Positions 37,871 to 48,749 are shown, counted from the first letter of the stretch. The stretch is 64,000 nt of DNA from an uncultured Pseudomonadota bacterium (GCA_963770835.1 CAVYRH010000004.1:704001-768000), one strand, 5' to 3'. Translations and numbers: made by a program. Notes: generated from the letters alone by a model not told the origin.

Positions 37871-39295
37871 TTAGGGATTTTGACGGTAATCCCAAACAGT
37901 GGTGCTTCCCGAGGATTTCGCCAAAGCCCTTTCCAGCTTGGAGCGGTCAGGCGATAAGCCGCAGGCGGGATCAGTGGTGGCAGGGTTTCCGGTTAAAAGG
38001 GCGGCCTGGCAGCGGCAGCCGCCGAAATCCACTTCCTTCAAGTCGCAGGACGAACAGGGTTCGGGCATCCAGTCCGTTCCCCGGAAGCGGTTGAAGGATT
38101 CGCTTTTTTCCCAAATCCAATCCAAGCTTTTCTCCCGCACGTTTTCGAGCTTCAGGGAACCGATGGAATAGGCCGTGGGACAAGGCAGCACTTGGCCGGA
38201 GGGGTTCACCGTAATGTAGCGCCTTCCCCAGCCGTTCATGCAGGGCTTGGGACGGTCATAAAAATAATCGGGGATCACGTAAAGGATCTCCATTTTTCCC
38301 TGGAGCCGGGTCCGGGCTTTTCCGGCAACTTCCGCGGATGCCATCACCTGCTCCCGGGTAGGCAGGAGGCGGGAGCGGTTGCGGAAGGCCCAACCGTAAT
38401 ATTGGGTGTTGGCCAGTTCCAGCCGGTGGGCGCCCAGGGATTCGGCCAGGGCGATTAGTTTTTCCAAATGTCCGATATTGTCCCGGTGTAGAACGACATT
38501 GACGGTCAGAGGAAGACCCAGGGCCCGAACGGTTTGGGCCGCCTCCAGTTTGCGGACGTGGGCCTTGGTTCCCGCGATCTCGTCAGCCAGGGATTCCTCC
38601 TCGGCCTGAAAACTGAGCTGCACACTGTCCAACCCCGCTTCTTTCAAGGTCCCGGCCCTTTGGGGGGAAAGCCCCAAGCCGCTGGTGATAAGGTTGGTGT
38701 AAAGACCCAATTGGTGCGCGTGGGAAACCAGTTCCTCAAGGTCGGGGCGTTGGAGCGGCTCTCCCCCGGAAAAAAGCGCGTGCAAGACACCCAGGTCCCG
38801 GGCCTGGGCTAGGACCTCCTTCCATTTTTCCATCGGAAGTTCGGCCCCCCGGGGTTTGGACTTGTCCCAAACCGGATTGGAGCAATAGGGGCAGTGCAGG
38901 GGGCAGCGGTAGGTTAGCTCTGCCAGGAGGCCCAGGGGCCTGTATTCAGCGGCCATTCTTTCATGGGAAGAAGCGGCGCTGGAAAAAACTGAAATAGGCG
39001 AGGGGGTGGTTGCCGGCGAAGGTTCGCCCCACTCCACCAGGCCCTTCGCCTGAAGACCAGCCAGGGTTTTTTCCACATCTCCGGAAAGGAATTCGACGGG
39101 GGTTTTGAACTCCTCCGAAAGCTTCTGGAGTATTTCCCCCAGGAACCTCCGGCCGTCGCAGAGGCGTAGGATAGCCCCCGCGCTTTCGTTGAGTTTCAGC
39201 AGGCCCTCCGGGTAAAGCAGCACCCACCGGCCCGTGGCCGGGTCCTCCTGGAGCCGGGTCCGACCAGCCAGCCTGGGCGTCAAATCTTCCTTCAT
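37871..39295 (-). CDS. pqqE: PqqD-PqqE fusion (RRE + radical SAM/SPASM)
   Basis: ATG overlaps the pqqC stop; WVLLYPEG..LNESA..ILRLCDG (PqqD) in frame with AELTYRCPLHCPYCSNP and GGCRCQA (PqqE). Confidence 0.9.
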   Translation of the reverse strand: MKEDLTPRLAGRTRLQEDPATGRWVLLYPEGLLKLNESAGAILRLCDGRRFLGEILQKLSEEFKTPVEFLSGDVEKTLAGLQAKGLVEWGEPSPATTPSPISVFSSAASSHERMAAEYRPLGLLAELTYRCPLHCPYCSNPVWDKSKPRGAELPMEKWKEVLAQARDLGVLHALFSGGEPLQRPDLEELVSHAHQLGLYTNLITSGLGLSPQRAGTLKEAGLDSVQLSFQAEEESLADEIAGTKAHVRKLEAAQTVRALGLPLTVNVVLHRDNIGHLEKLIALAESLGAHRLELANTQYYGWAFRNRSRLLPTREQVMASAEVAGKARTRLQGKMEILYVIPDYFYDRPKPCMNGWGRRYITVNPSGQVLPCPTAYSIGSLKLENVREKSLDWIWEKSESFNRFRGTDWMPEPCSSCDLKEVDFGGCRCQAALLTGNPATTDPACGLSPDRSKLERALAKSSGSTTVWDYRQNP

Positions 39296-40023
39296 GGCCG
39301 GTCCCCGCCGCCATAAGCCTCGGCCATGGCGTCCAACAGGTTCCAGAGTAGACCGCATTTGAACTGGAGGGCCTTGACGGCCTCTTCCTGCAGGTCGCGG
39401 GTATCGCAATAGGTGAAGGTGAGTTCCAAGCCCTGGTCCGAATCCACGCGGGCCTGGGTGACGCGGGATCGGAAATATTCCAGGCCCCAGGGTTTCAACC
39501 AGGTGTAGTAGTTCTCGAAGGCCGCGATGCGTTCCCGCATGAGGTCGGGGGCGAAAAGCTCGGTCAGGGAGGAAGCCACGGCGATGGGCCAGGGCTTGGT
39601 GCGGGCAAAGTGCACGTAGGAATCCACCGCGGCCCGGGCCTTGGGGAGCAGGCCCTTGTCCGAAAGCAGGTCCTCTCGGGTAAGCCCGGCGGCCTCGCCC
39701 AGCTTGAGCCAGGCCTCGATGCCGCCCTCGCCCTCCCGAAGCCCGTCGTGGTCGCTGATGCGGTGGAGCCACACCCGCCGGACCTCCCGGATGGGGCAGT
39801 TGGAAATAAGGGCCGCGTCCTTCACCGGGATATTTCGCTGGTAGTAGAAACGGTTCACGATCCAGCCCCTTACTTGGTCCGGGGCGAGCTTCCCCTGGTT
39901 CATGCGCAGGTGGAATGGATGCTTATCGTGGTAACTGGTCATGCCCACCGAGCGCAGGCGGTCCCGGAAGGCGTCGCGGTCCAGGGTTTGTTCTGCCGAA
40001 TTTCCAGGAGTTTCAGGGGACAT
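39292..40023 (-). CDS. pqqC: Pyrroloquinoline-quinone synthase
   Basis: YHDKHPFH, NRFYYQ..IPVKD, RISDHDG, SLTELFAP. Confidence 0.95.
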   Translation of the reverse strand: MSPETPGNSAEQTLDRDAFRDRLRSVGMTSYHDKHPFHLRMNQGKLAPDQVRGWIVNRFYYQRNIPVKDAALISNCPIREVRRVWLHRISDHDGLREGEGGIEAWLKLGEAAGLTREDLLSDKGLLPKARAAVDSYVHFARTKPWPIAVASSLTELFAPDLMRERIAAFENYYTWLKPWGLEYFRSRVTQARVDSDQGLELTFTYCDTRDLQEEAVKALQFKCGLLWNLLDAMAEAYGGGDRP

Positions 40024-40025
40024 TT

Positions 40026-40940
40026 TTAGAGCTCGAATTCCATGCCATCCACGCCCACTTCCACCCCGGCTTCCCTCACTTGATGGTACTGGGGAGTGGA
40101 GCGGTCCAGGATGGGGTTGGTGTTGTTGATGTGCAGGTAGATTTTACGTGGAACCGGAAGCTTACGGAGGATTTCCAGGCTGCCACCCTCCCCTCCGAGG
40201 GGCAAATGGGCCATCTGGGAGGCGGTAAGGCTGCCGGTCCCTGTCCGGGGCATTTCGTCCTCATCCCAGAAGGTTCCGTCCAAGAGCAGGGCACCGCAAT
40301 CCTTGAGTTTGTCCAAGACGGGCCCTGACAGCCCGGCGGTATCGGGAAGGAAGGCCAGCTTTCCTCCAGTTTTTTCATCCACCAAACGGTAGCCTACGGC
40401 GCTCCCCGGGAGGGCCGTGGAGCCGGCGTAACGGGGAAGCTTGCCGGGCACCTCAAAGGCCTCATACAAAAGGCCGCTTTCCGACCCGTTGCTTTTCAAG
40501 AGGGGTTCCAAGTCGGCGGGAGGCTCGTGCCAGGCGACACCCCCATAAGCTTTCAGGACTTCCGAAATTCTCAGGCCCTCATCCAGGGCCTTGCGCACGG
40601 CCGGGGGAGCATGCAGATGGAGCACCCCGCCCTCTCGCAGGATGAAGATGCCCAGGACATGGTCGAGGTCGGCGTTGGTCAAGAGAGCCCCCTCGATGGA
40701 GGTGCCACGGACCTTTTCGGAAGGCGGCAACAAGGGTGGGAATGCCTCGATCTGGTGCCGGATGTCGGGCGAGATGTTCAGCAAAAACCAAGCCTTGCCG
40801 TCGGCACTGACCGTAGCGGACGATTGAGTGCGTGCCGGGGCTTCCGCCTTTCCCTCCCGGGCTTTTCGGCAGAGGCCGCAGTTACAGTTCCATTGAGGGA
40901 ACCCGCCGCCCGCGGCGGTTCCCAACAGTCGGACGCGCAA
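40026..40940 (-). CDS. pqqB: PQQ biosynthesis protein B
   Basis: LGTAAGGGFPQWNCNC, RTQSS, HINNTNP. Confidence 0.95.
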   Translation of the reverse strand: MRVRLLGTAAGGGFPQWNCNCGLCRKAREGKAEAPARTQSSATVSADGKAWFLLNISPDIRHQIEAFPPLLPPSEKVRGTSIEGALLTNADLDHVLGIFILREGGVLHLHAPPAVRKALDEGLRISEVLKAYGGVAWHEPPADLEPLLKSNGSESGLLYEAFEVPGKLPRYAGSTALPGSAVGYRLVDEKTGGKLAFLPDTAGLSGPVLDKLKDCGALLLDGTFWDEDEMPRTGTGSLTASQMAHLPLGGEGGSLEILRKLPVPRKIYLHINNTNPILDRSTPQYHQVREAGVEVGVDGMEFEL

Positions 40941-40960
40941 AACGACTGGTCGGCCCGGTC

Positions 40961-41053
40961 TTAAATGACGCTGTCGTCAATCCCCGAGTAAGCGGTGCAT
41001 TCCGAGTTGACGTTCACTTCTTCAACCTCGGGCTTCGTCCAAAGATTTTCCAT
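40961..41053 (-). CDS. pqqA: PQQ precursor peptide (absent from the ORF track)
   Basis: MENLWTKPEVEEVNVNSECTAYSGIDDSVI*: WxKP and ExxxY; AAGGAG RBS; directly upstream of pqqB. Confidence 0.92.
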   Translation of the reverse strand: MENLWTKPEVEEVNVNSECTAYSGIDDSVI

Positions 41054-41109
41054 GATTCTTCTCCTTAAAAATAAAATTATTCCTTTCCCCCCTCGGGAAA
41101 GGTCCCGGA

Positions 41110-44100
41110 TCACTCCAGGATCAAAAGTTTCAAGACCGACCGCTTGCCATTGACCGTGATCAGGACGTAATAAAGGCCGTTGGCCAGTGGTTTGCCATCC
41201 TTATCTTTCAAGAGAATATCCAGTTTGTCGGTTCCGGCGGGTTCGGGAAGGGTGATGTTCAGAACCTCGCGGAAGGAAAGGGTGAAGATTTGCACGTGGA
41301 CGCTTCCGGCAGTGGAAAGATTGACCAGGAGGGTCACCGAACCGCCGGTGACGGGGTTGGGATAGAGCACGGGCGTGGAAGAGGACCCAGGCGTAGCGCT
41401 GACCGATGCCAAGGGGGTCGGGGAAGTCTGGGGCGTGGCCGTTGAGGAAGCCATGGGAGAGGGTGTCCAAGTGGGTGAAGGCGTCAGGGTGCGGGTAAAG
41501 GTCAAGGACACCGTCGGGGATGTGGTGAAAGTGGGGCTGAGGGTGGCGGTGGAAGTCGGGGTCCGGGTAGGTGTGAAAGGAGCCGTCCCGGTGGATGTCG
41601 GGGAGGCTGTGGGGGTCGTTGTGAGGGTTGAGGTGGGGACCAAGGTTGGCGTCTCAGTCCGCGTTGCAGTTCCCGTGGCGGTTAAGGTGGCCGAATTGGT
41701 CGGCGTGGAGGTCGCCGTGAAGCTGTTTACGGGCGTGTTGGTGGTAGTCGCACTGGCCGTGGAAGTGGGACTGTTGGTTGAAGTGGAGGTCCGGGTCGGC
41801 GTGGAGCTGGCCGTTGAGGTAGAAGTAACCGTAGAAGTGAAGGTAAAACTGGGTGTGGAGGTATTAGTGGAAGTGGCCGTCAAGGTCGCCGTGCGGGTCA
41901 TCGTACCAGTCGCCGAATTAGTAGGAGTGGAGGTTGCCGTAAAGCTGTTCACCGGCGTGTCCGTAGCGGTTCCCGAGGCGGTGGAAGTGGCGGTCCGAGT
42001 CGGAGTGGACGATGGTGTGGAAGTCGAGGTGGGTGTAGAAGTCGTTGTCGGGCTGGCCGTTTTAGTGGGTGTGGAAGAAGCTGTGGAGGTCGGAGTGCCG
42101 GTTGGCGTAAACGAGAAGGTGGGGGTCCCAGTGGTGGTGGCCGAGGCCGTTGCTGAGGAAGTACTGGTGGACATGGGTGTGAAAGTCGCCGTCAGCGTGG
42201 GCGTGGAGGTGGCGGGCAGGGAGGCTGTGGCCGTAGGGGTGCGGCTGGCCGTAGCAGTGGGAGAAGTGGTGGAAGTTGAACTGGGGGTTCCGGTGGGTGA
42301 GGCCGTTGCTGAGGAAGTGCTGGTGGACGTGGGTGTCAAAGTCGCCGTCCGCGTAGGTGTCGAGGTGGCCGTAGGAGAGGCCGTGGTTGTTGGGGTGGAG
42401 GTGGGGGTGCGGCTTGCCGTGGAAGTGGGTGTGGCCGTCACGGCCGGGGTTCCGGTGGGCGTGGAAGTGGAGGAAGTGGTTAAGAGGCCGTAAACCACCA
42501 GGCTGCTGGAAGTGGGCACGTAAACCTTGCCGTTCACCACGCTGGGTAGTTCAAACTTGACATAGGCGGCCGTAGCCGTGTCGCGGGCGGAATTCTGGCC
42601 ACTGTTATAGAGCATCGTGGCCAGGTTGGTGGCGTCATAGGCAAAGAGGGTGACCGGGGTTCCAGGATACAGGGCCCACACGATACCGTTAGTGTTTCCG
42701 TTGGAGGAAACGCTTGGGACACAACCGGTGGAAAACGACCCGGCCGCGCCGTAGATGGCCGCCGTCGCAGAGGAAGGAGTCGTCACATATTGGCCATTGG
42801 CGAAGGTGAAGGCTTTCAGGGCCTCGCCCGACATACCCCAATAGACCCAGTTCGTTGTGCCATTACTATAAATGGCTGGCGAGGTATAGCCCTTTCCCCC
42901 AATGGAATAGACAGTTTGGATGATATTGTTGGCGGTGGAACTGAACTCGCCCATCTTGCCCGTGTCCGCGTCCACCACGTATAGGTCGCTCGGCTTGTCC
43001 GCGCCGATGATGATGTTGGGATGGGCGGTGGTGCCCCAGGAGGCGGGCAGGAGGCACTGACCCGCCGAACCGACATCCTGGTCCCCGGAACTCATGGAAG
43101 CTTGGCTCATGGGAGCGAAGTAATCCAACGCCGTTACCGCATTTCCGACGGTGTTCAGTTTCAGGAAGCACTGCCCGTAATCGGAAACCGGCGCGGTTGT
43201 GTCGAAAGTGCCATTGGCGGAGAGATAATAGAGGTTTCCCGCCGAATCGACCGAAGGCCCATCACCCGATTCCCAGAAGGAGGATTCACTGCCGTTGGGG
43301 GCGGAACAATAGACGCTTAACTGTTGGGTGATGTTGGAGGCGCTGTAGCCGATGACCCAGCCGTAATAATTTCCCGCGATGCCGTCGTTATCGCAGTGGC
43401 CGGTCCAACTGGTATAAACCACCCCATTGACCAGCGCCAGGGCACACCTTTCCTTATAGGCCCTGGGCCGGAAGGTGACCGTGGTGCCCCCATCGCCCTT
43501 GCCGGGCGCGGTGGCCCCAATGGTCTGGGGGCCGTTGGCGGTCTCGGCACCGGTCGTGATATTAAGGGCGTGCAAGGTCTGGGTGTAGGTGGTGACCCCG
43601 CCGGAGACCGTCTTGGTCATGGCCACAAAGTACATAATGCCGGAGGTAGGGTCGATGACCGGGGTATCCGTGATTCCGATCTCGGGGGAGATCTGGGTAC
43701 AGTTCCCGACGTCAGCCAGGGATACGGGCATGGCGCCACCGGTGAGGAAACTGGTATGCCAGTAGGTAACCCCCGCAGAGTCGGCGTCAAAGGCATAGGC
43801 GCTGTCGTTTTCGGTAACTACGTAAGCCACATTGTGGGTGCCCCCGCCGATGCTGATGTTGGGCATGTAAAGGGGCTGGGCGTATACTTGGCCGTCCACC
43901 GTGTCCGAGAAAAGTTTTCCGAAATTGGTACTGTTGACGTTGGCGGTGGTGAGGATGGTTTCATTTTGGTTCCAACCATCGCGGGCTTGGTCGTTATGGT
44001 AAGTGGTCAGGGAGGTTTGGGCGAAAGCCTGCGAGGCCCCAAGGAAGGCCCATGGGAAAAGGAGGGCCGCCCAAAAGCTTGGACCTGGGGAAAAATTGGT

Positions 44101-44124
44101 ATAAGTAAAAGGAAACTTCTTCAA
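41110..44124 (-). CDS. Large secreted protein: PQQ-like beta-propeller, Thr/Ser/Pro linker, T9SS-like C-terminal domain
   Basis: TTYHNDQARDG, VDGQVYAQPL; ~370-aa TPT linker; LYPNP...ANGLYY...KLLIL. Confidence 0.8.
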   Translation of the reverse strand: MKKFPFTYTNFSPGPSFWAALLFPWAFLGASQAFAQTSLTTYHNDQARDGWNQNETILTTANVNSTNFGKLFSDTVDGQVYAQPLYMPNISIGGGTHNVAYVVTENDSAYAFDADSAGVTYWHTSFLTGGAMPVSLADVGNCTQISPEIGITDTPVIDPTSGIMYFVAMTKTVSGGVTTYTQTLHALNITTGAETANGPQTIGATAPGKGDGGTTVTFRPRAYKERCALALVNGVVYTSWTGHCDNDGIAGNYYGWVIGYSASNITQQLSVYCSAPNGSESSFWESGDGPSVDSAGNLYYLSANGTFDTTAPVSDYGQCFLKLNTVGNAVTALDYFAPMSQASMSSGDQDVGSAGQCLLPASWGTTAHPNIIIGADKPSDLYVVDADTGKMGEFSSTANNIIQTVYSIGGKGYTSPAIYSNGTTNWVYWGMSGEALKAFTFANGQYVTTPSSATAAIYGAAGSFSTGCVPSVSSNGNTNGIVWALYPGTPVTLFAYDATNLATMLYNSGQNSARDTATAAYVKFELPSVVNGKVYVPTSSSLVVYGLLTTSSTSTPTGTPAVTATPTSTASRTPTSTPTTTASPTATSTPTRTATLTPTSTSTSSATASPTGTPSSTSTTSPTATASRTPTATASLPATSTPTLTATFTPMSTSTSSATASATTTGTPTFSFTPTGTPTSTASSTPTKTASPTTTSTPTSTSTPSSTPTRTATSTASGTATDTPVNSFTATSTPTNSATGTMTRTATLTATSTNTSTPSFTFTSTVTSTSTASSTPTRTSTSTNSPTSTASATTTNTPVNSFTATSTPTNSATLTATGTATRTETPTLVPTSTLTTTPTASPTSTGTAPFTPTRTPTSTATLSPTFTTSPTVSLTFTRTLTPSPTWTPSPMASSTATPQTSPTPLASVSATPGSSSTPVLYPNPVTGGSVTLLVNLSTAGSVHVQIFTLSFREVLNITLPEPAGTDKLDILLKDKDGKPLANGLYYVLITVNGKRSVLKLLILE

Positions 44125-44470
44125 AAGTCCCTCGTGTTCGAGCTCAAGAATCTGCCGTTTTAACGCCTAGTTAGGAAAGATGGATAACTAAAAATACCAT
44201 TTTTCGAAAATTTTTGCCCCGATTCGGCCCTTTCTTTTTGGAAACCGACTACATCAGAAGCTTTAACGTTTCTAAGATCGGTTCAAACTGTTCGTGGGTC
44301 GAGTTTTCGGGGAACATCCCAGGCTCTTACCAAGAGATGAAAGGGGAACAGGCGGGCGCTTTATTTATTGGCCGTCGATTCGAAGCGGGAAGAAAAAAAC
44401 GATTTTCAAAGAAAGGCCGCCTAAAATGACCGCCTTGCCAAAAAAACGGGCGCTGAAGGAAATTTAATTC

Positions 44471-46438
44471 TTGAGAACGGTAAGATTCATTTTTCCGCTT
44501 TCTTCCTTTTTGTTTCTTTTCACTGGGATGGCATGGAGCCAGGAATCCCCCGTGGCTAATGGCGCCACAAATCCACTCATTACGCCAGCCCCCTCCTTTT
44601 CTCCAACTCCCACGGCCGGTCCTGTTATTTATGAAATGAAGGAGGTCGTCGTCCACGCCGAAAAGGAGAAGGGCGACATCTGGGAAGGCCCGGCTTTGGA
44701 AAAGGTCCGGGATGATGGAAACCTTTCCTCCTTCCTGGGACAGGCGGGAGGAGTTGAGACCCAGGGGTTGGGAGGCGCCAAGACTTACAGCAACGCGTCG
44801 ATCCGGGGGGCATCCCCCGAGCAAACGCTGATCCTCCTCAACGGCCAAAGGACGAATCCGGGTTTCGACCTTGGGCTCATTCCCACGGGAGACATCGAGC
44901 GCATCGAGATCCTGAAAGGCCCGGACGCGCTGGCCTATGGGTCGGAGGCCATGGGCGGGGTCATCAACATCATTACCCGGCCCAAGGAGGGGGGCGCCAG
45001 CCTGGGACTTTCGGGAGGGGACTTCAACACCTGGCAGGTCCAGGGCGACACGGGTCGTTGGAAAGCCGGTTCCTGGGAAGGTTCCTTGAACGGAAGCTGG
45101 TACCAGACCGGGGGCTACACCATTAATACCGATGAAGTTTCGGGGGAATGCAACCAGGAATCGGACTGGACCCTGGGGGAGGACCACCTTTCCCTCAAAG
45201 CCGGGTATGTTTACAAGAACGGCGGGTCGCCGAATGGGGACAGCCTGTCGGCCCAGGACACGGGCCAGTTCGACACGGACGACCGGGAAAAAAAGAACGC
45301 AGTGGAAGCTTCCCTTCAAGGCGAACATCCAGAGGGGGGGTGGACGTTCCGCCCCTCCCTTTCCTACAGCTTTGCGGATATTGATCGCCTGAATCCACTG
45401 GGGCCGGACGCGGCGGCTGGGGTGCCGATCGCGGACGAAAACATCTACAACACTTTCAGCGCCCGGGCCGATGGTTCGGCCCAGTGGGACGGATTGCTAA
45501 GATCCTTCGATGGGTACCTCGAATTCCAATCCCAAAATGTGCAAGGAACCGAGGGTTTGGGCGGGGGGTTGAGATGGGATAACGAAAGCTCCTTATCCGC
45601 CCGGGGGTCCCTGGCCCCCGCCCCTGACTTACAGTTGGACCTGTCCGCCCGGCTGGATTGGTACCACACCTATGGCCTGGTGGTCTTTAACCCCGAGGGT
45701 ACCCTCCGATACAACTTTGCCCCGGACCGGGATGTTTATTTGGAAGCGGGGACGGGCTTTCGTTACCCGGACTTCGACGAACTCTTCCACCCCTTGATTA
45801 CCTACATCGTAGGTCCGAGTACCCCGGTCGAATTCGGCCAGGGTGAAACCGGCAATCCGGACCTGAAACCCGAAAGCTCGGTCAACCTGGAAACGGGCAC
45901 GGACTGCCTTTGGGGAAGCCTGCTTTTGAGGGCTGACGGGTTCCTGAATTTCTTCTCCAACATGATCGTCCCTGCCGAAAACAACTCGGACTATTGGACC
46001 TTCCTCAATTGGGCCCATGTCCTCCAGGCGGGAGCTGAAATCGGCGTTCGATGGGGAGTGGGAAGGGACTTGACCCTGCGGGGTGACTATACCTACGTGG
46101 ATTCGAGGGATTCGGATACGGGCCAGTTGGTGCCCGCCCGGTTGCGCCAGAAGTTTTCCGTGGGATTGGATTGGGCGCCGGCACCCGACGCCCGCCTCAA
46201 CCTTGATGAGAGCTACGCGGACCACAACCCCGCCGTTTACAACGGCCCCCAGGACAGCCCGCCGATCGTCCTGGCTTCCAGTTATTGGGTTTTAAACACC
46301 GGCTTCCAATGGGACGCTGCCAAGGACACTTCCTTTTTCCTGACCCTGGACAACCTCTTCAACCAAACCTACGCCACTTTCCAGGGCCTTCCCATGCCGG
46401 GAAGAGACCTGGAAATCGGGACCAAGATCGGCCTTTAA
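44471..46438 (+). CDS. TonB-dependent receptor (BtuB-like)
   Basis: Plug SIRG, IERIEILKGP..YGSEAMGGVINII; GNPDLKPE; DNLFN..PGR. Confidence 0.9.
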   Translation: MRTVRFIFPLSSFLFLFTGMAWSQESPVANGATNPLITPAPSFSPTPTAGPVIYEMKEVVVHAEKEKGDIWEGPALEKVRDDGNLSSFLGQAGGVETQGLGGAKTYSNASIRGASPEQTLILLNGQRTNPGFDLGLIPTGDIERIEILKGPDALAYGSEAMGGVINIITRPKEGGASLGLSGGDFNTWQVQGDTGRWKAGSWEGSLNGSWYQTGGYTINTDEVSGECNQESDWTLGEDHLSLKAGYVYKNGGSPNGDSLSAQDTGQFDTDDREKKNAVEASLQGEHPEGGWTFRPSLSYSFADIDRLNPLGPDAAAGVPIADENIYNTFSARADGSAQWDGLLRSFDGYLEFQSQNVQGTEGLGGGLRWDNESSLSARGSLAPAPDLQLDLSARLDWYHTYGLVVFNPEGTLRYNFAPDRDVYLEAGTGFRYPDFDELFHPLITYIVGPSTPVEFGQGETGNPDLKPESSVNLETGTDCLWGSLLLRADGFLNFFSNMIVPAENNSDYWTFLNWAHVLQAGAEIGVRWGVGRDLTLRGDYTYVDSRDSDTGQLVPARLRQKFSVGLDWAPAPDARLNLDESYADHNPAVYNGPQDSPPIVLASSYWVLNTGFQWDAAKDTSFFLTLDNLFNQTYATFQGLPMPGRDLEIGTKIGL

Positions 46439-46466
46439 CCTTTAAGGCCTTGGGACGCCCGGTGGT

Positions 46467-47099
46467 TTAATCCGGGTATTTCACACCGCATCCATAAGGC
46501 GGGGTGGAAGGGATCGAAATCTTCTTTCCATCAACTACGGATTCGGTCAAGGCCCGGTCCACATAGTTCACGAAAGCTTCGCCATTCTCGTTTTTTGCCA
46601 CGTCCCCATCCTCCCGGGGCGCGTTGTCGATGGCGCCGTCGTAGACCAGGATTCCTTTGGGGTCGATGACGAACATGTGGGGCGTGGTTTTGGCGCCGTA
46701 AGCGTGGCCCAAGGTGCCCTTGGGGTCCAAAAAGACGGCGGTGACATGGGCCTTTTTGTCCTGCACGTCCTTATTAGCCGCCGTGGCCTCTACATAACCT
46801 TCCATGCCGGGGGCCGAGGAAATCACCGTGAACCACATCACGCCTTTCTTGGTCCATTTATCCTGCAGCTTTTGCATCTTGCCTTTGTATTGGCTTTTCA
46901 CGAAAGGGCAGTTTTGGTTATGCCATTCCAGGACCACGTATTTGCCCTTCAAGTCCGCCAGCTTGTGCATTTTCCCGTAACTATCGGTGGCCGTGAAATC
47001 CGGTGCGGGGTCGCCCACCGTGGCCGCCAGGACGGTGGTGGCCAGCCCCGTTAAAACCAGCGCGAAAGCCCAAAACAATCCCTTTTTAAGCAAGCTCAT
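46467..47099 (-). CDS. Exported thioredoxin/redoxin-family protein
   Basis: VGDPAPDF, VVLEW..CPF, GAKTTPH, YGC. Confidence 0.85.
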   Translation of the reverse strand: MSLLKKGLFWAFALVLTGLATTVLAATVGDPAPDFTATDSYGKMHKLADLKGKYVVLEWHNQNCPFVKSQYKGKMQKLQDKWTKKGVMWFTVISSAPGMEGYVEATAANKDVQDKKAHVTAVFLDPKGTLGHAYGAKTTPHMFVIDPKGILVYDGAIDNAPREDGDVAKNENGEAFVNYVDRALTESVVDGKKISIPSTPPYGCGVKYPD

Positions 47100-47129
47100 A
47101 AATCCTCCTTTTGATCTTTTTATAATTTA

Positions 47130-47954
47130 CTATTCCGAAAGAGGAATAGTTACGTTGTATCCCTTTGTCGATTTTTTTTCCTTCACGACCAGCACTCCAT
47201 CCAGGGTTTTGACGTCCTCCGCCAGCTGGTCGGACCTCTTGAGGGTCAATTGGAAGGAAGCGCCGGAAGCGTGGAAGACCTGGACGGCGGCGTTCTCGAT
47301 CTGGTTTTGATGCAGGGGGATGAAAAGCGCGGTGGTGGTTTTGGTCACCGGCGTGTCGGTGGCGACCCTTATATGGAAGTCCTTCTTGCCGATGGAACCA
47401 TCGATCTTCCAATCCTCCGGCAGGTCCTGGGGCTGGTTGCGCCGGGCGGTCTGGAAAAGGTACTCGTTGCGGGACTTGGAGGACGATTTGTGCTTGTGGA
47501 CCAGGAACCGCAGGTTGAGGGAAGTATCGCCGGGAATGCAGATCTCATTGCAGACCAGCCAGCGCAGGTGAGCGGAAAGGCGCACGTAATGCCCGGGCTT
47601 CAAATTGGCCGGGGCCTGGATGGGCATCATGAGGAGCACTTCGTTGGTATAGCCATAGTCGGCCAGGGAATTGAGGGGAATCAGCTGAGGGACCGGCCAA
47701 AGAATCTCGCCCGCCGTGAAGCCATCGGGAAGGGTCCAGGCAATGGAAGGGGCCTGGCCCGCGTCGCCGGGGTTTTGCCAATAAATATGCCAGCCCCTCT
47801 GCATCCGGAAATGGAAGCCCACAGTGACGCTGGCGCCGGGCGTGATGGCGTTTTGTTCCGGAAGAAGTTCAACTTTAACATGGGAATAATCCTGTTGTGA
47901 GAAAGCGGGACCAAGGGTAAAGAAGAAAACCACGGCCAGGAAGAATTGGCGCAA
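47130..47954 (-). CDS. DsbD N-terminal-domain protein
   Basis: GWHIYWQNPGDAG, WPVP, WLVCNEICIP. Confidence 0.85.
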   Translation of the reverse strand: MRQFFLAVVFFFTLGPAFSQQDYSHVKVELLPEQNAITPGASVTVGFHFRMQRGWHIYWQNPGDAGQAPSIAWTLPDGFTAGEILWPVPQLIPLNSLADYGYTNEVLLMMPIQAPANLKPGHYVRLSAHLRWLVCNEICIPGDTSLNLRFLVHKHKSSSKSRNEYLFQTARRNQPQDLPEDWKIDGSIGKKDFHIRVATDTPVTKTTTALFIPLHQNQIENAAVQVFHASGASFQLTLKRSDQLAEDVKTLDGVLVVKEKKSTKGYNVTIPLSE

Positions 47955-48053
47955 GACGCATCCTTAATTATTAATGAATGAAATTGGAATTTAGACGCCG
48001 GATTTGCCGGTCTTGGGCCGCGAACGCCGTCCCGACCCTGGATGGTTCCTGTT

Positions 48054-48749
<696 letters not shown>

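Noticed and set aside
39296..39772. N-terminal 159 aa of the 633-aa ORF
   Set aside because: Overlaps pqqC out of frame; the real start is the ATG at 39295.
41375..42493. 372-aa Val-rich plus-strand ORF
   Set aside because: Antisense shadow of the Thr-rich linker codons.
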